A stretch of 64,000 nucleotides of DNA from Antedon mediterranea (Eukaryota; Animalia; Echinodermata): positions 34,646,388-34,710,387 of the forward strand of contig NC_092670.1 in assembly GCF_964355755.1 (NCBI RefSeq), written 5' to 3'. Below are positions 50,099-62,000 of this stretch, in pieces. How positions within the stretch are numbered: position 1 is the first letter of the stretch; each line of letters begins with the position of its first letter. A program made the position numbers and the translations under genes. The notes beneath the pieces are model-generated. The model ran no database searches. It was not told the DNA's origin and saw only the letters and a program-made list of their open reading frames with translations.

Positions 50099-53000
50099 GT
50101 CTAAGCGCTCTAAAGCGCCACCGCCTCCACAAATGTTAAAGAAGTCGGAACAACATAACATGGATACAAGCAATGGTCATGCCTCTACTCGTAACGGCAA
50201 CTCCTCAACAAACGGTACAAAACCAAAACTTAATACTAGGAGTTTACGAGTCCATATGCCGAATGGGAAGATTGTTCAAGCAACCGTGGATGCCAAGTAA
50301 GTAATTTAAGGCTTATTAATTTGTTTACATACTTATCAACCTCGCTCTCGCAAAGTGTCAATCACAAACCTATCGATTTTTTACTCGCAAATTAAAAAAA
50401 ATTTATTACTCTTTCAATTAAAAATGTATTTTTAATGATATAATATACTGTAATTATTAATGAATAAATAAAAGCTTCAAACGCTTAAAATGATACGTGT
50501 TAAAAATAGAAACATCTGCTAGTGTACAGTATCTCTACAGATGGACATCAATCACATCAGTTCAATATCTGTTGCATAGTAAAATAATCTTAGAATAGAT
50601 GAAAACACATGTTTTAAAGTTAGCATGATTGTCTCCTGAGATACATAGCCCTGTTAATCAGTGACTTTACTAATTACTTTAAAACTAAAATGTTACACTT
50701 TACTGTATGCATTTGAAGTACTTCCTCTTTCCGTTGCTGGCATTGTTCTTGTGATTTAAAGAGTGAAAAGACAACAATACTGATAATTAAATTAAGAATT
50801 AATGATTGAAATAAGTGTTCTTGTTGATAAAGTTTTTTTGTACTGTATATCTTTATTGACATTTATGGTATCCATCAAGTTGAACTGATTATCTTAATCA
50901 CTTTTACTATCATACATGTTTATCACGCACAACAACAAAAAGTTCCACATACACTTAAAGACTTATCATGAATTTAATTAAATTAAATGAAATAAGTGTT
51001 CTTCTGTACTTTTTTTGCATCAAATTCAACTGATTTTTTTAATCACTATTTTAAAGGGGGATTCTGGGTTTAAAATTGCTTTTAAATATCGTTTATTTAT
51101 TAAATAAAAAATATCATAACAATATAGACATGTCAGAATGAAGAAGTAATAACGAGAAATTAAAAAAAATTAATTTCATATACATTTTAGGGTAAATTCA
51201 TGGAAAGTCTGTTTTTCAGCAGCTTAGGGAAGCTCATTAATATTCATGAGATATTCACAAAATCACGTCATCAGTGGATTCCAAATACTCGACGTCATGT
51301 ACGTTGTGTTTGTTAACTTCATCTCTCTCCCCTGTCAAACGACAACCACCCGATCATTGTGAAATACATTTTTTGTAGATTTTCTAAGCTAGGCCTAAAG
51401 TGTAATAATAACAGTAGTACCATATATTTATTTGACATTTAATGAAATACAACATTTAGTAAAGATTACGGAGTCTTAAATTATATACTATTTTTATACC
51501 TCGAATAGTACAGATCGTATTATTGGCTTCACGTACTAGGCTAGGCCTAGCCTAAATCATTTGTTTTCATGGGTGAGAGCCATTCTGACTATGGATTCCA
51601 TGCCACGATGGCTACGTTAAAACATTGGGGCCCATCATGGGCCTAGCTAGCCTACTAAACGATTGGCCCATAAATAATAAAACTCGGTGGATTCCAAACC
51701 TATCCTATCAACCAAACTCCTAAACAATCTAAACCTAAAACATTCTACAAAATCGGCTGTAAATATTGAGGCAAAACAAGGTCTGATCGCCGTCCGCACG
51801 TATGGTGTCCCGATCGTCTAAGTAGGCCTAAAATAGGCCTAGTTTACTCTCCAAAAAAGCAGATACTGCATCAAGCAAGTAGACCAGGTAGTAGGAAGGA
51901 GACCTAGCCGATTCGGCCCAGTTAAAAATTGAGCTAGCTAGTGTAGTAGACCCTATGCGAATTGATACTACCAGGCCTTTTACTATAGGCTACACTTGTT
52001 AAAATTAGCAATATACTTATGTTTACAAATATTCCAACTCTCTCATTCGAGCTATATTATCTATACCATTCCGGTAGGTCGAGTCGACCTTCAACCAAAT
52101 ACTGTACATCGTTCATGTTGTGATTATAGACGGGGTATACTCGACCCGACCAGTTTGGTATTGTATACTGTATCTGCTTATCACGTGACATGCCAGGCAT
52201 GGGCAGGTAGAGCACGTGTATCGTCGTCTCGCTCTCCTCGCTCAGCAGGAATGCATACGTTACGCTTCATTGATTTTGAAGGCTTTCCCTAAGTCAGTGC
52301 GAAAATCGGCAAACGTAAAGTGCAAACATATCTAATTTTTCACTGTTTTGATGAATTTTCATAGAAAATTGACTTTATAAATGGGAAGACCGACTAAAAT
52401 TACATTAGATAAGTATAATTTCACAAAAGTAATTAATATGGTTAATGATAACGAGTCGTCGGAACATTGACCATTTCACGAATTTCCTATTCTGTAACAC
52501 AGTGTCATATCGCCGTAGCTGCACTTGTAATCTGGCCTCATTTCACAGCCTTCGTTCTGCTTCACTGGGCGCTTATATAAATAAAACTAGTTTGATAGTG
52601 TGGACAGAGCTTTACGTAGGAAAGCAAACTTGACACTTTGTAACACTTGTGTGAGACATGTACAGTCGGTACCATGTAAAGGAGAGCAAAATAGAAAGCA
52701 ATTTAACTAGAAACTATTTGTTTTGTTGATCTTTTGTTCATCTACCGTGACAAATAATACTGTGAGTTCCTGTTAGTGACTGTAAGAAGCCTACAGTAGT
52801 TCATGATTGAGAGTCTTGTCTGGTTTGTCACACATACAATACTGTAGGCTATAACATCAACTTACTGTAAGGCTTCTGACAGTACGCCAGTAATGTACAA
52901 GAATAATACAAATTTGACTTTGTTTTGCCTTTTAGTCTGTCTTCCAGCGACCTTCTTGTGATGATGGCAGGGAAGAACAAGTTGAATCCAGTTTCTCATA

Positions 53001-56000
53001 TGATGCAGGTGCCATCCAGTAATCCTCCAGGAGATTTAGTGATAGTAAGTACTGTACATTCCTTCATGTAGGAAATGGTTATATAGTGATTCTTCAGAGT
53101 ATTAGTTATGCAGTAACAATGTTACATTTATGATAGCGCTATTTTTTGTTAGATTAGAATAACAATCTATTCCATACATAAGTGTCCCATTGGGTTCTGT
53201 GACATGACATGAAAAAATAGTAGACCAAGGTGCGAGTCTGTCAAGAACCCACTCTCAATTGGGGCAGCCCTTTCTTACAGTAACAGATCGGCCATTGATG
53301 CATTTGTTCAAGGCTGGGAATTTTAATGCTTTGCTTGAATATATAACTTCTTCATGTCTGGCATCTGGCATAAATACAACAAGAGGCTTATTGTATTTTT
53401 ATTCTGAATATCATTTGATATATTCTTAAAGACACAAGTTCAAAGTTGTTATGTCAGTAGTTTACTCTATCTGCTATTTGCATTTTTAACATTGTGTAAC
53501 TTAGGCTGATTGTTTTGTGATGCATACTGCATGATTCTTTGACTTAAAACATTTTAAATTATTTATGTATTGGACCACTTTTTGTTACTGATTTTACAGT
53601 AAAACTTATACCCTTTTCACATGCATAAATTGTTAAAAGCGCCTTATTTGATTAATATGGTTGGTCAGTTTAATACCAGGGCAATACACGCAGGTGCAGA
53701 TGCAGGTGTGAAAAGGGTATACAACCATACTTTATGACAATCTGGCAATTTAAACAATCTAAAAATAAAGGCATAATTCATACTGTAATTACTATTTTGG
53801 TAAATACATAACATTACCGTATTTACCAGAAGATCCACTGACTGAATAATTTCAGATAAAGTAACACAAGAGACAGAACACATATTGAGAATTTAATTCC
53901 TCATTTATTTCTCATAATTAAATTGTTAATTCTTTTTTTTTTTCAGTTGAAACCTAGTCAATGTGTAGGTGATATAAACGGAGATATCGTGTTTGTTGTT
54001 GCAAAAGCTCAAAAGGAACAGTTTTCAATAAAACGTGATGAGAAAAAGTCTGCTGTATTTGAGGTAAATGTTTCTTCATTGCATATTTATGTAATAATTG
54101 GCCTATTATTATTTGATAACAGATGTCTGCGTAGACCTGCTCTGTTTAATAAAGTGAAAAGTGTAGACAGACAGACAGGCAGGCAGACATAGTCCTATTA
54201 ATTTCAAAGGAAATTGCTGCACATAAATTCATTAAGGCCATGTTCACACACGCAACCTAATGGTTACCAATGTCTAATAGTTGTAATAGTCCCTATTCAC
54301 AGTTTCAATATTTCACCAAATATAAAACAATCCAAAGGTCATGTATCCTTAATTCTAAAGCTCTGTCTACACTATCAAACTTTGTGTGACAAAAAAGTTT
54401 GATGTACCCAAATATGGTAGTGATATGCTTAAATATGGTAGTGATGACATCATCATGTTCATATATGGGCACATCACATAAAGTTTGATAGTGTAGACAA
54501 AACAAAATTGTTTATACCGAAGCCTTTGAAACTCTGCAATGTCATCAAAGGAAGGAATAGAGTTGATTGACTATTTAAAGGTCAAATCGGAACCCTTCTC
54601 AATCTTGATAAACCATTCAGATCGAGTGTTCCCACTCAGCTCCTGAATTGAATTACAGTCCGCCAGTGTAAACCAGGCCTTAGATATTAGTGGAATGCCT
54701 GTATACCATTTTATGTAATAAATAATGGAATGAATAATTTGTTTCCATTTAGCATCAAGCAGAAACTAGTTTGTGTGATCATGGTGGGAATAAATATATC
54801 TTCCATTGTGTGATATGGTACAATCAATCAATAACATTACATTGAAGAATCAGTTAAATAATAAATTGATAGTTTTAATTTTGCATCATAGAGAATCTAT
54901 TATGATACTAGTACGCCTATTTTGACCAACCTGATGTTATGTACAATGCAGAAGAAAAAGTTCCCCACTTGAGAAAATCTTGCCTTATTATTTTACTACT
55001 GTGTTATTCAGCTAAATAAAATAATCTATTTTGTGTTTATTCGACAGTCAAAATCCAAATCTAAATTTAAAAAGGTTGGTTCTGGTAACGATTTAGCTTT
55101 TTAGCATTTTGTACTGGAACTAATAAAAACCTTGCAACTGCAATACGTAACTTAAGCTCTGTCTACACTATCAAACTAGTTTGACAACAAAAGCGTGATG
55201 TGCCCAAATATGGTAGTGATATGCCCAAATATGGTAGTGATACGACATCATCATGTCCATATATGGAACATCACTTTTTTGTCACACAAACTTTGATGGT
55301 GTATTTAGACGGAGCTTTTGATTATGAAACCACTAGTGCATAACGAACATCTAAACATACTTACAACATTTACTGAATAACTTGCGTTGTGTGAAACCTT
55401 CGGAAAGTTTTGTGAGCATGCTCAGATGTTGGTCAAGCTCCATTGATTTCATTGTCCATGTGCTAGGTATTGCAATCAGTATTTCTTATTAAGATTAATT
55501 TTAACTTTATATAGCATGAATTAACTGGATGATTCAAACTAACATAGATAAATAATGCTATTTTTATAATGGTAGTTTTAATAGTATCTTAACGTTCCAG
55601 CCATTGTAGATTCATGGACGTAGGTCTATGGTAGATTCATGCTACAGTAAATATAGAGAGAGAAGCGATATTATTTGATCTTGGTCGTGCCAAGGGAGAC
55701 CTGTTGTTGTTTCCATGAGTACAATAGGCTGTTTAAATATCAATTTTCTTTTTACAATTTTTTTTAAATTCTTTTTTTTCCAGCAATTTATATTCATTAT
55801 TACTACTTACAGGAGATATATATCAAAATAAGCTCTCAACAAAACTCTTGTATAATGACAGCCAATCAGATGGCTATCATTGAGCGTGCAGTATCTTATC
55901 TCGGCTAGTTTACCCTTTAACCTTTAGCTTATAATCTATGTTTAGTTCTCAACTGAACTTCTTGACTAATTTACTACAATATCTTTATTCATTATCTATA

Positions 56001-59000
56001 TTCTAATTTTCAATTTCTATTCAAAAATATATTCATAAATTTAAATTAAATCAATTATAAAAATAAAACTGTCATCTTTTATCGAATACAATTTATGTGT
56101 ATTTTGCCGCTCTGAATAAAATTTGACATTTATGTTGATGCTTATATCGGCATTAATTTCTGTAGGCTAATTACTGTTGCTAAGGAAAGTGTTGACTGTA
56201 TTTTTTAGCATATATAAATTCAACAAAAAAAAAAAACTTGTCTCAATAAGTGAATTACAATGAACGTCATAAATTGTTTTATTAGCTAGCCAAAAAAAAA
56301 AAATGAAGAAAGAAAATGTGTAGTAGTAACGTACAATAATTATTGTGATTGTGAAGTGCTTTTATCCCATGTAAATCATACAGTAGATATATCATTTATA
56401 TTATTAGATAATTAAGGCATAACATATTTTTAACAAATGTTTTCTAAATAGATAATTGAAAATGATATGTGTCTTTTATTTTTTTTTTTATCTTTGCTAC
56501 AATCTTTCTATTTTCTATTGAAATGCGGGTAAAAAATATTTTTTTCGCAGAATCGGAAAATTCTACAAAAAGGGATGCAGCCAGAGGTCTGTTAACTATA
56601 GCATTAAATGGTTAAATACATTAGGGTTTATTAATCCATGGCAAAATATAATCATCCTGTAATGTACCTTTATGTCAACATTGTTAACTGTAGGTTTTTA
56701 TTATGTTTTCATGATCAATATTAAATATGTGTGTTGGACATTATTTTTTTTATTTTTGGAGGGTTAAAGTTATTTCTATAAAGTGAACTGGTTTAAAATT
56801 TATTGTATTGGACTCTTTTTAAGAAATTTGGAGACCGAATAAAACGTATGCCCAAGCAACAAACATTGATAAAAATTGGTGTTTACTTTGGTTCCTTTTA
56901 CTAATGAATTATGTTTAAAAAGAAGTTTTAAAAGTTTGACTGTATTATACTAATACTAATAACTTCATATTGTCCATACTATAGAAGATGGAAGTGCAAC
57001 TTACTGAAAACTGGCAATAAGAAATAAACTAATTTATAATATTAAATTCTATATTCAGGATCTTGTCAAATTTGAAATGATAAAAATAATAATGTATGTC
57101 ACACTGGATAAAGGCATGGACATTGAATTCTTTATAAATATGGAGAGTATGTCGTATTACGTGACTAGCTTACCTGATGAACCGACATCGACCCTTTTTC
57201 TCTTCGAGGGGAGAACAAAAGTAAAATAATCTTGAATTCAAGTTATAACAATAGATTGTTCTCTCTCATATGGCACCATGTGTAAACATTTCGGCATCTC
57301 GAAAAGAAATGGTGTGGTATGTATGGGCGTTAACTGCCCACTTGAGGACGTGGTAACGGACGATACCACTTGGACGGGAATACTAAGAATATTTTAACTT
57401 TTCGATATCTTCTCCACTCGAAGGGGGAAAAGGGCCTACAGTATGTTGGTTTATCCAGGTAAGCTTTGACTTGGAGACTACCAACACCACTATTGGTTTG
57501 TGTAATATAAACAGCGTTTTATATATAAATTATTTGAAAATTATTGGTTTAATATTTGCATGTAAGGGAATAAAGATTGCTTTAATAAATGCACTTTCGT
57601 TATCTGCACAATTTGCATGTAGGATTGACATTATCCCAAAGGTCATTGGATCTGTACACTTTTGCTTGTTTTGATATCACTAATATTTGTTGAAAGCATT
57701 GTCAACCATGATATTAAATCATATGATTTAAAATTGAAAGCATGATATGCTTATCTAGTAGTAAAATTCAGAGAAAAGAAAAAAGTGGAATTGCTACTCT
57801 ATAGCCGTTTCTTTTTCAATTTGTTAAGCAGCTCCAATACAACTGAAGTTGCCAAATTCGCAATTGACTTTCTATTGGTAAAACCAACTAAAGCAAATAG
57901 TCATTTTGAGGTTCTCCATCTTCACCAGGTAGTGGGGTGACGATTACTTGTTTTGAAGAAAAGCCTATAGTGCGATCACTTTAAAAGCCTAGTGCGATCA
58001 CTTTTAAAGCCTAGTGCGATCACTTTTAAAGCCTAGTGCGATCACTTTAAAAGCCTAGTGCGATCACTTTAAAAGCCTAGTGCGATCACTTTAAAAGCCT
58101 AGTGCGATCACTTTAAAAGCCTAGTGCGATCACTTTAAAAGCCTAGTGCGATCACTTTAAAAGCCTAGTGCGATCACTTTAAAAGCCTAGTGCGATCACT
58201 TTAAAAGCCTAGTGCGATCACTTTAGAAGCCTAGTGCGATCACTTTAGAAGCCTAGTGCGATCACTTTAAAAGCCTAGTGCGATCACTTTAAAAGCCTAG
58301 TGCGATCACTTTAAAAGCCTAGTGCGATCACTTTAAAAGCCTAGTGCGATCACTTTAAAAGCCTAGTATAGTTTGTTTTACCAAGTGAAATTTCTCCGGA
58401 AGAATTACTGAATGGTTGTACTATAATAACTAAAATTTAATAATTGATTGATTGAAATATATATTTATACTGGGTGACCTCTTCAGTCAAAGACTGGTCT
58501 CCCAGAGGGCCCAGTTGGTGATCAGTGGCTGTGATGTACTAATACACCGGGGTAACCCCCTACTCGTCTCGAAAGATGTACTAGGCTCTTTAAAGTGCAC
58601 ACGAGCTAGTTGTGTACACTGGACCTACGGTTTATAGTCCTTATCCGAGAAGACTCGTTCTACCACCAGAACCATGGAGTGAGTGAGCCTCGAACCCCTG
58701 CCGATGTTATGGCTACGTAAAGACGGTTCCACTGTCTTTACCGCTCGGCCACTCACTCGACATGAGAATAGCGTATGTTCATATTTTGTCTTCATACACA
58801 GCACCCTCAATTAATGATAACACATTCTTGATTATTTTGCCTGTGGCTCTTATTGGTCATGTCTAAGACAAGCCAAATGGAAATGACCGGAAAAATGGGT
58901 TTTTTTTAGCAAAAAATAAACATCCTTTGTGAAAGAGACTCTTTAATGTCAATTGTAATTTAATCCATACACATCCAGAGATCACCCATGATTGCTACTG

Positions 59001-62000
59001 TTCTACCAATTTCAATTTAGTTGGTAATTACCAGTCATTAGTATGATATTGTTATTTAATAGGGAGTGTCATCCTTGCTTAGCCTAGTGGACTTTAATAT
59101 AATGCAAATATTTGATGTGTAAACAGCAGTAGGCACAATATTATTCTATAGATTTTCACACAAGATTGACAAATTTGACAGGCACTGATATACTACTAGA
59201 ATAGTTAATTGATTTTTGATGGTTAAAGATGAGGAGATCTGTGAGAATGAGAAAAGCTACTTTAACAGAGATTCGAAACTGGAACCTCTGGTTGATATCC
59301 AGAAGTCATCATTAGGCCACCACTTGGATATTATTATAGCATATAAATTGTTTTAATGTTTAGGAAATTTATAAATATTTGTATTAAATCTCAACAGTAT
59401 TAATTGGCATTTTTAAATTTTAGTGATAGTGTCTGCTAGTAAAACCCATTTTTAGAATTTTACTAATTTACTTGCAGAAAATATCACAACATTGAAATCT
59501 CTGATCTATAGTTTTTATAATAACCAGGAGTGAAAATGGCCACACCAAATTGGCACTGACTGCCTAATGATCTCACACAGTCACTATTTGTAGATCTTTG
59601 AGGGAAAGGATTTTGAAATCGGATTTTTAATGATTACAGTTTCAGAACTATTAATCTTTACTATAATTAATCTTTTGATGATACATAATTTGCATATGAC
59701 CTTCGATTAAGAAAAGATTGACATTGGCATTAACATTGGTCTTACAATAGGTGCATTGTTAATACTGCTATTGCTTATTATAATAGGTCTATAATTGTCA
59801 TTATATACTTGGGAGGTGTACTATGCTAATTAGGGAGTATAGCGGTATAGCTTGGTGAATAACATGCTTGCTTTGTCATCTTAAGATCATGGGTTCAATT
59901 CTAACTTTGGTCTTATTGTACCTAGCTTAAACTATCATAATATTATAGGAATAGGTCTAATATTTTAATAATTTATATGTTAAATTATTGATCCTAAATA
60001 AAAAAAAAATGTAACGAGGCTATGTTAGTTTTGATAACTAAAAGATGTCAACGTTTGTTTTCTTTCATAATTTTTTTAAAATTTTTTATATTCCTTTTTT
60101 TATTGTCTCCAGATTATTTATTATTATCTATTGTATAAAATCCCATTTTTCCTTTTTTTCTACTCTTTTTCATTTTTTTTCCATTCTTGCTTTTCTTCCT
60201 TTTCTTTCCTTTATCCATCTATCTATTTTTCAGTTTCTTTTCTTCCCATTCATTCATCATCTTTAACTGCCATTTCTTCAATCAAACAATCGAAAGTTCT
60301 TTTTTAAAACAACTTTTTTTTTTATTTTCCATCAGCATATTTCTGATTTTCTCTTATCTTTGCCTTTTCTTTCCACAGAATAATTGTCCTTAATCTATCA
60401 TCTTTAAATTTGTCATTTAAAAAAATAATTTCCACTTTCATTTATTTTTTTACATTATGTGTATTATGTAAAAACACACCTTTGTTGTATTAAATTAAAA
60501 TATTTCATTTGTACTGGGTGACCTTTTCAGTCAGAGACTAATCTCTCAGAGGGCCCAGTTATGATCAGTGGCTGTGATTCACTCCCTCTTTCCTTTTTAT
60601 AATAAACTCGTCATCACTCGACCCAACACACATTTTTATTTATTCTAGAAAACTATCCGACTGACTGTCAACTATGGCACGAAGCATAGGATGGTTCTAC
60701 GGATTAATCCAGAAAGAACTCTAGCAGATCTCCTGCCAAAGATATGCGAGGAGAAAGGAGTTGATCCCAAACATCACACCTTAAGACATCCAAAGGCGCC
60801 ATCGGATGACGTGGATCTTAACAAGTCACTGACATCGTATCAAACTAATGAACTGCTTCTGGTGGACACAAAAGGTAGTTAAAGACTTTTTTTTAATGTT
60901 TGGAGCGATAATTTATGGCTTATACTGTGAGGCTTGAGCTTATCCCGTTTAGTGGAGCTATATCCTGTTTGTAGACGATTAAACCTTCCATTTTCTAATA
61001 GACGACAATATGTGTTACTCTAAAGTAGGTCTAGTCCATAGGGTACCGTCCATAGGGTACCGTCCATAGGGTACCATCCATAGGGTACCGTCCATAGGGC
61101 ACCGTCCATAGGGCACCGTCCATAGGGCACCGTCCATAGGGCACCGTCCATAGGGTTATTATTTAAACAATAAACGGGAATGATTATAATACTGATAGAG
61201 ATGATCATGATTGAGATAACAACAATTTTATGATAATGATGATTTTATAATATGATGATAATTGCAATTCATTACATTTTTTATTTAATCATATTTTATT
61301 TAATAGTTCCTCATATACGAGAAACCATCGTATTTACAGGTACAGGTTTTTTCTTGAAAATTTACTTAAAAAAAATTTGGCTTTGATAGAATTTGACACC
61401 CATGTTTTTTCCTTTTCCATTATTTTCAGTGTGTCCTGTGTTGTGCAGTGAATATTGTTATACTAAATAATAATCTACTAATTCTTCTTATTTTATCATT
61501 TTTTTCCTATGTACAGTAGTATCTGTTTTCTGAATGTAGTTTGACGCTCATTTCTATTTTTAGATTGTATTAAATATTAAATTATTTTTTTATTTATAGC
61601 CATTTAATAGCTTTATTTTCTTACTTTTCTTTAATCTAATCTAGTTTAGTATTTTGATGTGCTGTTATTTCTTAAAAATTATGAAACTGTTTTTGTGTTT
61701 GATTTATTATACATTGACTATTATGTTTAAACTCATTTTATTTTTGGCTACCAACCCACACACGTTTGGATTAAGCCTTATGTTATAATAAATAAACACA
61801 GTACTGTCGGATTTATGTAACACTAATAGAAATAAATAAATGTACCATATTTATAATCACCTGTATGTAAATGTATCCGTATGTTTGTTTATTAAGAATA
61901 TAACAAGAGTCATCTTAAACTACTTTGGTTATCAGAAATTTCCTAGAAATATGTTATAGAATATTACAAACATGGAATGTGATGATGTTTATTAGTTTTT

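Noticed and set aside
57174-57200. CTGATGA as a hammerhead core
   Set aside because: No stem II-GAAA follows; it is part of a MITE TIR. The same lack applies to CTGATGA near 33382, 38732 and 40312.
60045-60393. Phe-rich ORFs
   Set aside because: T/C-rich low-complexity intron sequence.
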